Shown here: positions 11,852 to 25,753 of the stretch, one piece after another | Position numbering within the stretch: the stretch's first letter is position 1 | Layout: each line of letters begins with the position of its first letter | Source: Catajapyx aquilonaris | Taxonomy: Eukaryota | Assembly: GCA_000934665.2 (NCBI GenBank) | Contig: JYFJ02001981.1 | Span: 1 to 64,000 of the forward strand | Reading direction: 5' to 3' | Length of the DNA: 64,000 nt | The notes under the pieces: model-generated | Databases searched by the model: none | Seen by the model: the letters and a program-made list of their open reading frames with translations, nothing else | What the model was told of the DNA's origin: nothing | Made by a program: the position numbers and the translations under genes

Positions 11852-14499
11852 ATGAAGTCCCGTTTCGTTGTGGGATCCAAATTTGCTCAGGTACTTGTTT
11901 ATTCGTGTAGTAATTTCTTCCTGTCATGTCTAGTTAATTGCGCCTGCAGTTTCTTTGATATCCACACAACTTCATTTCAATCCTAGACAATACCTATTGT
12001 CTAAGATGTCAATATGTCCTTTTATTAGCAACTTACATAATATTTGAGACGCATATTAGTTACTGGTGTGAAATCTTTCAAATTTTCGGAACCTGTTTGT
12101 TACCATACACTGGTTCTGAAATGTTATCCAACAGAATAATACCAGCAGTCTTCTCCTGCATACATTCATAAATAGTACTGTATTATTCACATTATAAAGG
12201 CTCATTCACACAGGCCGTCGACGGTTTTGGTTTTAGTTTTGGTTTTGGTTTTGGTTTTGGTTTTGGACCAATCAGAGCGGGCCCTCACTGTAACCATGAC
12301 GCGTTGTTTACGTGAGGGCCCGTTCTGATTGGTCCAAAACCAAAACTAAAACCAAAACCGTCGACGGCCTGTGTGAATGAGCCTTAAGTCAGTGTATCAT
12401 AACAGTTACTTTGTCATAACTTTGTTGACTTGCTATTCCCCACATAATCATTTCTGAAATTGTGCGAAAGGATCAATGTTCGTGATTATGCTTATCTCTT
12501 CAACTGCAAATAAGCACTATGCTCTAGACACATTTGTTTCTTTTCAAATAAACAGATCCTGACTGCAGTTGCAGCATGCCTGGGCCAAGTGTGCGCAGGG
12601 ACTGTCCTGACTTACACATCTTCAGCAGGACCTTCACTGAAAGCCACATCTAACACGACATCTAACCCAATGATTATTACAGATACAGAAGTTTCGTGGA
12701 TTGGTAAGTTGTTATCGACTCCTTGTATATGAAATTAAAGTGAAAATATGGGCGAAAAACATTGACCTGAAACATTGAGATATCCACTGATTTAGTGCAT
12801 TGCTTATAGGTAGCCTTGTTCCCGTGGGTGCCATAGTTGGCAGCATTCTTGGGTCACACCTGCTGGAAATTCTGGGTCGGAGGAGGTGCATCTTGTGGGT
12901 GACAGTTCCTGCCTTTCTCGTGGGATGGATCTTGGTCTCTGCGGCCTTCCATGTGGCAATGATGTATGCTGGCCGACTGCTCACTGGATTCAGTGTTGGT
13001 CTGTCCATCTCAGCTGCACCCATGATGGTCGTGGAGACGGCCGAAGTGTCCATGAGGGGATACTTGGGAGCCCTGCCTCAGGTGATGGCCAGTGTGGGAA
13101 TCCTCTACAGTTACGCTGCAGGCGTAGCCTTGGATTGGTCCTGGTTGGGTTGGGTCAGCGGGGCAACAGCAATCCCTTACTTCCTCTTCATGCTGATTGT
13201 GCCCGAGTCTCCTGTGTGGTTGCTGTCGCACCTGGGAAGAGAGGAGGCTCTGGAGGCGCTGACTTGGCTCAGAGGTGGGGACAGTCAAGGTGCTGAGAAA
13301 GAAGTCAACGCCATAGAGTGCAGTGCATCCCGAACCAGTATTGCCAACAGTGGACCAGCTTTGCTGCTTCTTCGCCGATTACCATTCCTCAAAGCCTTCT
13401 TGGTCGGTCTTGGTCTCATGATCTTCCAGCAACTGACGGGCATCAACGCTATCAGATTTTTCACCGTGACAATATTCCAGGTTGGTGTTGTTCACGAGTC
13501 ATTTACAAAATGCACAATACTCAGGCTTACTAGTTACTACTTGGTTACTACAGTACAATTATTTGAATATCTACGCGGACTAATTAATAAAATTGCTTAG
13601 CAAAGATTGCAATTTTGTGCCGGATGTAGCACAATTATTGAGATCACGTTTACATTGGTGGGCATTTTGCTGTCTCTCGCCCCTGTGGATTCATGTTCAT
13701 TACTGTACAGTACTACCATACAAACCAAAATAAGATTAGAACAATCTTATACTGACGCTATATGCAACCACCAAGCTCTATATCACGGGTTTTCCCTAAC
13801 CTTCTCCATGATCAAGTGCTGAGGGTGGTAAAGATAGGATACGCATGTGAAATATTATTAGACATGTAGGCAAAAAAACCCCTGTTTAACATGTCTCTCT
13901 AACTCATTGAAATACCATTGCCATTTCAGGATGCTGGAAGTTCTTTGGATCCTCACATTGCGAGTGTTTTGATCGGACTAGTTCAACTAATAGCCACGAT
14001 TGGAGCAGGAGGATTGGTGGAACGGGTTGGAAGACGTCCACTGCTGACCATATCTTCATTCTTCATGGCTGTGTCCATGTCTGTTCTGGGTGGCTTTTTC
14101 TACATGAATGAATACAGCAAGAACGCTCCAGGATGGCTGCCTATCGTCAGCATGGTGGTGTACGTGATCGCCTTCTCCATAGGATATGGACCTTTGGCAT
14201 GGCTGGTAGCAGCTGAATTGCTGCCCTTCGAGATCATGACTGCAGTTAATCCCTTGGCTGTTGCAGTCAACTGGGGCTGTGTCTTTGGCGTGACTTTCTC
14301 GTTCACATCACTCGTTAAAAGCATACACCAATACGGTGCGTTCTGGCTCTTTGGGGCAGTGGCTGCAGTGGGAGTACCTTTCAGTTTCTTTTGCGTGCCA
14401 GAAACTAAGGGGCTCACGCCTGACGATATCAGAAGAATCTTCAGACAACCGTCAACAAAGGAGGGTGAAATACTGCCAACGAGGCTGCCAAAATATTAA
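11852..14499 (+). CDS. T3: Tret1-like sugar porter (475 aa)
   Basis: join(11852..11890,12556..12703,12810..13480,13930..14499); exon 1 MKSRFVVGSKFAQ (an in-frame upstream ATG at 11840 is possible); QQLTGIN, PESP, PETKG. Confidence 0.93.
12198..12384. mobile_element. PIF/Harbinger-like palindromic MITE (187 bp) in T3 intron 1
   Basis: TAA|AGGCTCATTCACACAGGCCGTCGACGG...CCGTCGACGGCCTGTGTGAATGAGCCT|TAA; 3-bp TAA TSD; arms carry (RGTTTT)n, 7 units left and 4 units right. Confidence 0.75.
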
Positions 14500-15314
14500 C
14501 TCGAGTCATACACATCACGATCTCATGTTCATTTGTATTATACCTGTCATTATTCACTTGTAAATCTCATAATTCACATGTAAATCTCATTTCACCATTT
14601 AAACAGTATTGCCCTGTACATTGTTGAAAGATTGTTCTGCAATGTTGTACTATAAGTCCTCCTCACTTGCTTCTGTATATTGAATGACTTTGTAGAATAA
14701 TAAATTATAGCACTTCTTTTTAGACGACTTCTTTAAATACAAGACATTTTCCCTTTATAACCAGAGGCAATTCCTTCTCCTTTCAATTCCCACGCACACT
14801 GTGTCCGGATGTATACCGGTATGTATTGCAGGGGGGTGAGCATGATTGTGTTTCGTTATAGGGAACATTATTTTGAGGTCGATGGTTAAATGTGTGTACG
14901 AGGAAGGCTAAATTCGTAATATACAGGATGAAGGGAAACTCGCGGACAATCGCCAGGTAGACTGATAGTACTCGTAAAACTAATGTAGGGACGTGCAATT
15001 AGTTTAGGGCTCCGTTGAGTAGTTAATGCGTACGGCGCAGTAAAAGTTTCGTGACGTCACATCCGTGCCGCCCGTATTGGCAACATATTGTGCAAGTGGA
15101 AACTGGATATAAGCCGTAGAGTCCAGAGCAAGTGGTTCTTGCTTGCACTTCGTGTCTTTTGCCCAAGGTTCGTAATTTCCTGTCAGTTTATCGTTGTTAT
15201 TCGGTTTTTGCTATGGCTTGTGACCTTATATTTTAAACTTTAGGCCTATAAAATTATTCTAGCTTTTTAATTTTCTGTAATATTATCCTCCATACGTCCG
15301 ACAAAGTAAATTTT

Positions 15315-15412
15315 GTGCCTATTTGAGGTTTTTTCGTGCCTATTTAAGTGTCTATTTGTGGGGGTTTTCGGGCCTATTTCGGGGTTTTTTCGTGCCTAAA
15401 AATCCGGACTCC
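15315..15412. repeat. Short GTGCCTATTT-type repeats, likely subterminal repeats of a DNA transposon end
   Basis: Five spaced G(T/G)G(C/T)CTA(T/A) units ending AAAAATCCGGACTCCC; matching other end not found. Confidence 0.35.
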
Positions 15413-16752
15413 CGTGATGTCTCATAATGACTCAAAAGTTGCATTATATGGTTCTGACCTGATGTTGCAATTTACCACACCTTTTGCAGCTATAAACTAT
15501 ATCCATGTTGTAAATCATTTATGCCACCATGATCTGTTCCGAAGTCGCCGCAATTTCCAAGTTTTACCAAATACGTGGATTATAGGAAGTAAACTCTGGG
15601 CAACTGAGAAGGTGTCATATGGTGTCCAAAGCCTAGTTACTCGTGAAGATAATGGTCTTAAAACACAAGATATAATATATCCTGGCAGACATGATTCCCT
15701 CCTCGCATCATTTCGATGCACAGTATAAACGTTCCTAAATGATAGAAGTAAACTATGAAGTAAACAAATTATCCCGTGGGTTTCCAACAATAATTTACAT
15801 CCACCATCCAGATTAGTGCCCCTACTAATAGTTCAATTACAATGTTTTGCGCTTACGAGTAGTCTACATACACTGGCGGCAGGATGTTTCACTAAGAAGG
15901 GCCCTTTATACGTGTGTGAAAGAGGAACATAAACAATTATTACAAATTGATTGATTTGTGTAATTGTATACTATTCTGTCAAGTGTGTGCCTCTCTTCGT
16001 GACCTTGCCCATTATAAAACAAAGTGTTATCTTGCCGCTTATTTACACTGCGATATCATTAGGTGTAGCAGGCGATGCAAATGCCGTGAGCTGTACAGTG
16101 TAGAGTACAGTACTCGCGACATTAGGGGTTGGGATGCTGTTAACCCCATCAACAAGGCTGCAGAGACCAGACGACACCTTTACATAAAGTGGCCCTCTGG
16201 TGCTTATGAGCTCGCCCTAGATGCATAGAAGTTATTCTGAATAGTTATGACACATCCTGAAAGAAGAAACGAATCCTGCAATTTTTTGTGGATATAAAAA
16301 GCACCTTACAACAATATTATATACGACAGCAGTTTACCACATAGGACCATCACACCTTTGCTTTTGGTAAAGAGTAGAGATGTAATAGCTTTCAAGCACC
16401 TCACCAGTCGCATCACTATAATCTTTGAAAACCAGATCTTAAAATCACATACCCAATTTCATGTCGAGAAAAAATATCTTTATAGAGGTGATCGGCTCAG
16501 AAATTACCCAGATAGCGAACTGCATAACATGTGAAAGTCCGAATGGGTATATCAGTGATATAGCCGAGATGACAGAAGGTGGAGTGGCCATGTAGCCACT
16601 AGCCAGGGCAGAAAAACCTGTGCGTAAACGATCGAGATAAGAATATTGCGAGACAATCTGTCCCATATCGAATAAAATAATGGATCACAACTCTGCGGCA
16701 ACTCTAATAAGTTCGGAGAGCAGCTGACACGGATTCTTCTCAGCTCATCACC

Positions 16753-18578
16753 ATGAAGATAGCTTTAAGACTTGGACCAAAACTAGCTCAGGTTCAATAT
16801 TTGCTAATAATTTCGAATTTTTAAAAATCACATTTCAAATGCAGGTATATTGCCATTATATACCACCAATCAATGTTATACATTTTCTACATTCCCAGAT
16901 ACTGACAGCTACAGCAGTCTGCTTTGGTCCATTATGCGGAGGACTCTCTGTAGGATACACATCTGCAGCTTTGCCATCCATGCAAAATGGCACGTCTATA
17001 ACCGTAACAGACGGTGATGCTTCGTGGATAGGTATAAGTGCATAGGCTTTGATTTCTCAGTGTTAATAGTTAATCAATAGTGGGGCGGAGAACTCGATAA
17101 TAATGTTTTGACTCACGAGAGGCTTTCTCTCTCATTTTTTTTTGATGTAATAAATTTACCGATTTACATTATTCTGCATCTTGCAGGAGGCCTTTTCCCA
17201 ATGGGTGGATTGATTGGGAACTTCCTAGCATTGCCCATGCTCTCCATCCTGGGGCCGAGACGGTGCATACTGTGCATAATATCCCCAGCATTTGCCAGTG
17301 GGTGGATTATGATTTCGGCAGCTGTGAATTTAGCCATGATATTCGCCGGTCGAGTTCTGGTAGGAATTGGGTTCGGCATGGCTGTTACAGCTTCTTCCAT
17401 TATGGTGATGGAAACATCTCAAGCGTCGCTGAGAGGATACCTGGGATCACTCACCCAGATGCTGATGAACGTGGGTGTCCTCCTGAGCTACATCATGGGC
17501 GCATGGTTGAACTGGCAATGGCTGGGATGGGCCAGCCTGGTCCTCTCTGTCATCCCTTACTTTATGTTGATGCTGATTGTCCCCGAGTCTCCAGTGTGGC
17601 TACTCTCGCACCGTGACCGACAGCAGGCACTGGACGCACTCATCTGGCTCAGAGGCGGAAACGTAGTGTTGGCTGAGGAGGAACTCACATCTGTCGAACT
17701 TCATGTGTCAGAACATAGCAAAATGTCGTTTGCTGCGTTTGCTCAATCCATAGCGCTACTTCGGAAGAGGACATATTTCAAGATTTTTCTGATTGTTGCT
17801 GGTCTCATGATCGTCCAGCAAATGTCGGGCGGAGTTACTATATCCTTCTACACAGTCAAGATTTTCCAGGTTGGTATCACACGTTACTGCAACTCATGCC
17901 AGTGTTAAAGTCGAGGGGTAACTCTGTATAGGGATATAGGTATGCATAATTAATAATTACCATTCCCCCACCTAGTACGCTGGAAGTACTTTGGATCCCC
18001 ATGTTGCGACCATCCTGGTTGGAATTGTGCAGTTTGCAGCAACCGTCGGAGGCACCTCACTGGTCGAACGAGCCGGAAGACGTCCGCTTCTCCTGACTTC
18101 TGCATCCATCATGGCTGCATCCATGGCCGTCCTAGGAGCCTACTTCTACATGCAAGAGGACGGGAGCAACCCCCCGGGATGGCTGCCTATGCTTAGCATG
18201 ATGGTGCTCTTCGCAGCTTCATCCGTGGGCTATGCGCCGCTCGGGTGGATGATGGCTGCCGAATTGCTACCCGTTGAAGTGATAAGTGCCGTCAATCCAT
18301 TGGCAGCAGCAATTAATTCCATTGCAGTTTTTATTGTTACGTACACCTTCCAGGGAATGAAGGATTCCATCCATTTGTACGGTACTTTCTGGTTCTATGG
18401 TGGGATAGCATTTATGGGAATAATCTTCACTTTCTTTTGTGTTCCGGAAACAAAGGGGCTCACGCGTGAAGAGATTAGACGTATATTCTTTGGAGATGAA
18501 CAAAAACAAAGTAATGGTACTAGTATACAACATGGACAGGCTCACGTTATGTATAATGGTGGTAAAGAAGTAGCATGA
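16753..18578 (+). CDS. T4: Tret1-like sugar porter (485 aa)
   Basis: join(16753..16791,16899..17031,17187..17869,17976..18578); exon 1 MKIALRLGPKLAQ (weak donor GTTCAA); SP motifs with divergent QQMSGGV. Confidence 0.9.
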
Positions 18579-19194
18579 GCATAATAACAACCTTTAGTTA
18601 GACACAAGAATATGTCTCTGCCATTGGGTCATATTACCATAATTCATATTACAATATACCTAGCCTACATGTAAATACAAATAAATACTTGTAAATAGTG
18701 TACATTGCTTCAGATATTACTATGAAAAAAATCATATCGCGACTGCAGGCCGTACCCTGCAACAATAGTAATCTCATCTTTGAATACGAGTGTGTACTTA
18801 AAATCCTCCTTTAAAATTTACAATTATAAAATATTCAGTGTTTTATAATGTGAACTTGTGGTGCTTCCTCTCAAAAATGCTTTGGGCAATGATGTCTGGT
18901 GTGTCCAAACATCAGTGTCCTACTGTGCCTTACCAAGGTGAAAATATGGTATATCCTTGTTAAGGGAGGGATAAAGAGAATTTGGGAGTAAAATCTTGGC
19001 TAACTGAATGCTGTTATGGAAGAACGTTGTAGGCCTAAGTGTCATTTTGGCTGTTTTGAGTTGACACTGTAGAAACGTAGCAAATGACCAGCTGGTTCGA
19101 ACGGTATAGTCCACCCAACGCTATCCGTTGATTTAGCCGAGAAAAATCCGGACATTCCAGCAAGAGTGGATTCACTTTGCATGGGATTCATTCG

Positions 19195-19652
19195 GTACAA
19201 ATGAAAGCACCCCAGCAGGTTCACTTCTCTCAACTTTACAGGAGAAGCAAACAACACATTTCATTTCCGGCGGATAAAAGCAATTTACGTCCAAACTTTC
19301 CAGTCTCCATATCTTTACACAGTCTATTATTTGTCACAAGGAGCTTTCTTCCGCACATTCTGAATGTCTTCGACGTCTTTTCAGTTATTGCAAGATGCAC
19401 TCTCTTGCCTGAAAGTGTTCTATTTCATGAAGTTGCCGTTTCCATACAAGTACACGACCACTCTATTCATTGACGCCCCTTCATAAGCAGAACATAATAT
19501 GCCAACCAATATCTCCATTTTCAAGAAAGATATGGTATATGCTTTGGATGCTTTCATTCTCATAGATTCAATTATTACACGAGCTATTATTTTATGATAA
19601 CAAGTAGGAAAATATTGATATGATATCCCAATGATAATCTGGAACAACAATT
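19195..19652. repeat. ~460 bp segment repeated in inverted orientation at ~32660-33160
   Basis: For example ATCTCCATTTTCAAGAAA/GCCCCTTCATAAGCAGAACATAAT here vs ATTATGTTCTGCTTATGAAAGGGCGTC/TTTCTCAAAAATGGAGAT at ~32790-32850; GCGGATAAAAGCAATTTAC vs GTAAATTGCTTTTATCCGC. Confidence 0.85.
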
Positions 19653-20168
19653 GCCAAAATTGAAGAAGTAGTGAAGACAGGATCGAGTTTAAATATATCG
19701 ATATTTTATCGATTCCAACGTGAAATAATTTATAAAACACGCAATAAAATAGAATGAACAGAGATGTGCGCAATTTGAATTTTGTGTCACCCAATTACAA
19801 GGAACCTTGTTACCTATGGAGTAAACTTTTTGTTATTGATTATATTGTGTACGACGGTAATGTACAATTTCCACCATAATTTGCGCTATTACAGTACAAC
19901 AAATAAGAATTTTTTGTTGTGCTGTAAACATTCACGGTTATTCTCTTTGCATGAACCCTTTTGTTTCTGTTGCAGAAAGTGACAATATGACAGCCACCGT
20001 ATACATCTGGAAAATATCAAATAAATGTCAAAGCTGCATAGGCCAACGGAATGACTATAAAAATGAAACAGAAAACTACTAAAACTTAGAGATTGGTTTA
20101 TTTACACTGTACATAACGTCAAATATAGTGTATTTCGAAATTTAAAAACGAATGGTTCGTCCTTTTTG

Positions 20169-22058
20169 TCACTGATATTTTGCCTCACTATCCTCGCAAT
20201 TACTACCATTTCTTTCCTTTCTAAAAAATATTTTTCTGATTTCTTCCCTTGTCAAACCCTTAGTTTCTGGAACACACGTAAAACTAAAAGCAATACATAT
20301 TAAACCAAATGCAGCATAAAACCAGAAGGCGCCGTATGAATGAATACTAACTTCTAAGGACTGGAAGGTAACCGTAACGAGGAAAGCTGATAACGTGTTA
20401 ATTCCAGCAGCTATTGGGTTGACAGCACCCATGATTTCAATGGGCAATAACTCTCCCGACAACAACCAAGCTAAAGGCCCGTACCCGACTGAAAAGGAAA
20501 TACACGAAACTATTACACAAAGAAGAGGAACCCATCCAGGAAACTGATTGTCGCAGTTTTCTTTCACATAGAAATAGGCCCCTAATAGAGCCATGGATAG
20601 GGTCATGAAGACAGAAGAAACTATCAGAAGTGGCCGGCGACCAGCTCTTTCCACCAATGTGATACCACCAAATGCCGAGAAAAACATTACAGCGCCAACC
20701 ACAATTGTCGCGATGTGAGGTTCCAGTGAGCTCCCAGCCTCCTGAATAAAGAGTGATCTTGTGTTAGTGTACAGTAGCCTACAGACGATAACACCGTAAC
20801 ACCGTGAATTATGCTGAACCTCAGTGTCAGTAACGAGAAGAGTTTTCTCGAGTTAATATAATAATTATTGGTTTGTGTTCCAAATAATTACTTTGTACGG
20901 ACCTGGAAGAGGCTGACGGTGAAAGAGCCCACAGCACCAATGCCAGTAAATTGCTGCAGGATCATGATGCCCGTTACTATCAAAAAGATCTTCATGTAGG
21001 GATTCTTTCGAAGAAGACAGATGGCTTGTAAAAATGACAGAGTGCTATCTTCTGACACACGTCCTTCAATGTCAGCAAGCTCCTCTTCGGCCATGTTCGT
21101 GTCTCCTCCTCTGAGCCACGTCATTGCCTCCAGAGCTTCTTGCCGTCCATGGTTAGACAGCAACCACACCGGAGACTCGGGTACCAGCAGCACGCAAATG
21201 AAATAAGGAACCACTGGTACCAGGCTGGCCCATCCCAGCCAGAACCAGTCCAACCATGCACCCATGATGTAACTCAGAAAGATGCCGAACGTCATCATGA
21301 GCTGTGTCAGTGATCCCAGGTATCCCCTCAGAGAGGCTTGAGAGGTTTCCATCATCATAATAGGAGCCGCGGTGACAGCGAGCCCCATTCCCATGCCTCC
21401 CAGGATTCGTCCCGTGTACATCATGGCGATGTGGACGGCGGTGCTGACAAGAATCCATCCAACTGTAAACAAGGGTGCTATTGCATACAGCATGTACCCG
21501 CGTCGACCAATTCTGGAGAGCAGTGCAGGTGCCAATATCTCTCCAAATAAGGCCCCCAGGGGATAAAGTCCCGCTTAAAATCAAATGTCAAGGTTAATGA
21601 ATTTTGCACAATATCAACGATGGTATGTAGTTCATACGAGTAGATATCCGGATAATACTGAATTACTTACCTATCCACGAAGCTTCAATATCTGTTACAG
21701 TGAAAGAGGGGAATGTCGCATTGTCAGAGCCTGCCTTCTGTAGGGAAGGAAGCGCAGTTGCAGTGTACACTGAACCGAGACCTCCAACCAGTGGGGACAG
21801 AGAAACAACAATGGCTGTTGCTATCTGCAGGTTCAATATTTTTATGAAAGTTATTAAAGAAAAGTGTGTATTATAGGAAATTTTCTTTGGGTTTTTGTAC
21901 GAAGTGTATAGGATATTCTGCGCTATTCATAGTAGTGTTTGGTGCATCATCTATATGTACAAAACCTTCTGAGAAGCTAAACTTATGTGCAGCTTATGTC
22001 TAGAGTAAATAAATCTTCTGACCTGATTAAATGATCCGCCGAAGAGAATTCTTCTCAT
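20169..22058 (-). CDS. T5: Tret1-like sugar porter, inverted copy (477 aa)
   Basis: complement(join(20169..20741,20903..21573,21671..21824,22023..22058)); exon 1 MRRILFGGSFNQ; GT-AG introns, intact frame. Confidence 0.92.
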
Positions 22059-22744
22059 TTTGACGATTTCCAGATTTAAACTGGCAAGGGACACTTCCCG
22101 AGTGAGTATACTTTATACAGTGATGTATTTACATGCATGAGCTACGTGATAGCTTCGTAACCAATAGGAACTTTCTGATTAACCTGTTATTATCGATCAA
22201 TCTTCAATGATATATCTCATCGATGGTACATACGTACCAACTGACACGCTGCAATATTGCCATGCATTATCATGCAACATCGCAATCATAAGTAGTTTTG
22301 AGATATTTTTTTACTTATTTATACTTTTTACTTTTATTATTGTTATTGTCCGACTACTACAGTATTAGCATTAGTGAAACAAACACTTGCAGCCATATTT
22401 GCTCTTCACTTAGATGCGTGGTAAAGATAGAGTGCAGATGTTTAGTAACTTATAACGGTAGTAATTTATATGTGCAAGCAATATTGTCAGCCTTATTAAG
22501 CAGTATTATCAATGCTTGGTAAGATTCAATAAGTGCCTTGGAATATAAAAAAATATGTGGTACGAGGACCAGAGTACTAGCCTATGTTAACATCAAGAGC
22601 TCTTGTTAACATACAATGCGGCAGGCTCGAATTGTCAGACAGTTAATGTATGTTTCTTATAGTCTTCATGGGGTGGAGTGAAAAAAAAAGTGTTCCGAAC
22701 TTCCATACAAATTTCGCCTTCCATCCCTATTGGTCAAAGCCAGT

Positions 22745-23102
22745 AGGGAGACGTAGTGGCGTTGCGGTAACGTATGCGCCTACGGATGTTAAGGTCCCGG
22801 GTTCGATCCCAACCCGGAATTCCCCCCTTCATCTCGTGCAGAGTTGGGCCATCTCTGGCTTCGTCTCGGGTGGAATTTCCATAGACTAATTCACCCGGGG
22901 GCGTTCACAAAAGGACATTAGCAACGACATTGCACTGCACTTTGCACATCCCCTCATGTCATCCTGCCCGTGGGCCCGGGCGATTCGCTCAAGGTTAAGT
23001 TCCAGTATTGTACTGCATTGTACTTCAAGTGTATAATAAAGGTACGTGCGCCATACCTGATACGGTCTAGCACTACCCGGATCATCATCATCACCATCAT
23101 CA
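22745..23102 (+). mobile_element. SINE family 1 (tRNA-Arg(ACG)-like head), full length, (ATC)n tail
   Basis: A-box-like TGGCGTTGCGG, B box GGTTCGATCCC, CTACGGA anticodon-loop remnant; 18-bp TSD CTATTGGTCAAAGCCAGT at 22727-22744 and 23103-23120. Confidence 0.9.
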
Positions 23103-23863
23103 CTATTGGTCAAAGCCAGTGCTATCAGTTCTCGTCTACCAATCTTCTCAAAAAATGTGCCCATCAAGTTACATGCCACTTGCAGACAACGTGATCAACG
23201 AACATCGCATAAAGAGTGGTCCAACTCCTTTGTAACACCGGTATATGTAAACGAGGGAAGATGATACTGATTCCAGTTACATTTTACGTTTGGAACACTT
23301 TTTTTTACTCCACCCCATGAAGACTATATACGCAAGAAACATGAAGTGTCTGACGATTCGAGCTGCCGCATTGCATGTTAACATACTATATACTCTTATC
23401 GTGGTACTATATTTTCAAATAATCCAAGGCAACACTTATTAAAACTGATCAATAGTATTGATAACACTGCTAAATCAGGCTGACAATATTGCTACATATA
23501 ACTTACTTTAAACATCTGCACTACTATATCTTTACCGTGCATCTCAGAGAAGAGAAATGATGGCTGCAAGTGTTTGTTTTTCTCGCATGCTCATAGTATA
23601 GTTAGAAAATAACAATATTTGCGTAAAAATATCTCAAAACTACTTATGATGGCGATGTTGCATGAGCATGACAATGCATGACAATAATTGCAGCGTGTCA
23701 GTTGGTACGTACCATCGATGAGATATATCACTGAAGATTAATCAGAAAGTTCCGATTGGTTACTAAGCTATATCACGGAGCTCGCGTGCAGGTAAATGCC
23801 CTGTGTAGAGTACTCACTTGCGAAGTGTCCCTTGCCAGTTTAAATCCGCTGGAAATCGTTAAA

Positions 23864-25753
23864 ATGAGAAGAATACTCTTCGGCGGATCATTTAATCAGG
23901 TCAGAATATTTATTTACTCCAGACATAAGCTGCACATTAGTTTAGCTTCTCAGACGGTTTTGTACATATAGATGATGCCCCTCCTAATTAGACTACTATA
24001 TGAATAGCGCAGAATATCCTATACACTTCGCACAAAAACCCAACGAAAAGTTCCTATAATAACACTATGATCCCCCTTCTTTAATGACTTTCATAAAATA
24101 ATATTGAACCCACAGATTGCAACAGCCATTGCTGTTTCTCTGGCCCCACTAGTTGGAGGCCTCGGTACAGTGTACAGTGCAACTGCGCTTCCTTCCTTAC
24201 AGAAGGCAGGCTCTGACAATGCGACATTCCCATCTTTCACCGTAACGGATGCTGACGGTTCGTGGATAGGTGAGCAATTCGGTATTTCGGATATCAATGC
24301 ACTGCATATCCTCATTAATATTGCTCAAAATTCATTAACGTTCGCATTTTATTTGAAGCGGCACTTTTTCCCCTGGGGGCCTTATTTGGAGAGATATTGG
24401 CACCTGCACTGCTCTCCAGAATTGGTCGACGCGGGTGCATGCTGTATGCAATAGCACCCTTATTTACCGTTGGATGGATTCTTGTCAGCACCGCCGTACA
24501 CATCGCCATGATGTACACGGGACGAATACTGGGAGGCATGGGAATGGGGCTCGCTGTCACCGCGGCTCCTATTATGATGATGGAGACATCTCAAGCCTCG
24601 CTGAGGGGATACCTGGGATCACTGACCAACCTCATGATGACGTTCGGCATCTTTCTGAGTTACATCATGGGTGCATGGTTGGACTGGTTCTGGCTGGGAT
24701 GGGCCAGCCTGGTACCCGTGGTTCCTTATTTCATTTGCGTGCTGCTGGTACCCGAGTCTCCGGTGTGGTTGCTGTCGAACCGTGGACGGCAAGAAGCCCT
24801 GGAGGTAATGACGTGGCTCAGAGGAGGAGACACGAACATGGCCGAAGAGGAGCTTGCTGACATTGAAGGACGTGTGTCAGAAGACAACACTCTTACAATT
24901 TTACAAGCCATCTGTCTTCTTCGAAAGAATCCCTACCTGAAGATCTTTTTGACAGTAACGGGCCTCATGATCTTGCAGCAATTTACTGGCATTGGTGTTG
25001 TGGGCTATTTCACCGTCAACATCTTCCAGGTCGGTACAAAGTGATTATTTTGAACACAAACCTATAATTATTATTGACTCGAGAAAACTCTTCTCGTTTA
25101 TACTGACACTGAGATTCAGCATAATTCACTGTGTTACCGTTGTGCTGTACCGTACTAACACAAGATCACTCTTTATTCAGGATGCCGGGAGCTCACTGGA
25201 ACCTCACATCGCGACAATTGTGGTTGGCTCTGTACAGTTTTTCGCAACATTTGGAGGCATCGCTTTGGTGGAAAGAGCTGGTCGCCGGCCACTTCTGATA
25301 GTTTCTTGTGTCTTCATGGCCCTAGCCATGGCTCTATTAGGGGCATATTTCTATGTGAAAGAAAACTGCGACAATCAGTTTCCTGGATGGGTACCTATTC
25401 TTTGTGTAATAGTTTGGTGTATTGCCTTTTCAGTCGGGTACGGGCCTTTAGCTTGGTTGTTGTCGGGAGAGTTATTGCCCATTGAAATCATGGGTGCTGT
25501 CAACCCAATAGCTGCTGGAATTAACACGTTATCAGCTTTCCTCGTTACTGTTACCTTCCAGTCCTTAAAAGTTAGCATTCATTCATACGGCGCCTTTTGG
25601 TTTTATTCTGCATTTGGTTTAATAGGTATTGCTTTTAGTTTTACCTGTGTTCCAGAAACTAAGGGTTTGACAAGGGAAGAAATCAGAAAAATATTTTTTA
25701 GAAAGGAAAGCAATGGTAGTAATTGCGAGGATAGTGAGGCAAAATATCAGTGA
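23864..25753 (+). CDS. T6: Tret1-like sugar porter (477 aa)
   Basis: join(23864..23899,24116..24269,24359..25029,25181..25753); exon sizes identical to T5; AATAAA at 25821. Confidence 0.93.

Noticed and set aside
20169..25753. T5/T6 as two haplotypes mis-assembled
   Set aside because: Opposite orientation, many intron and flank indels, clustered amino-acid differences and a composite outer junction favour a real duplication, although read depth is needed to be sure.
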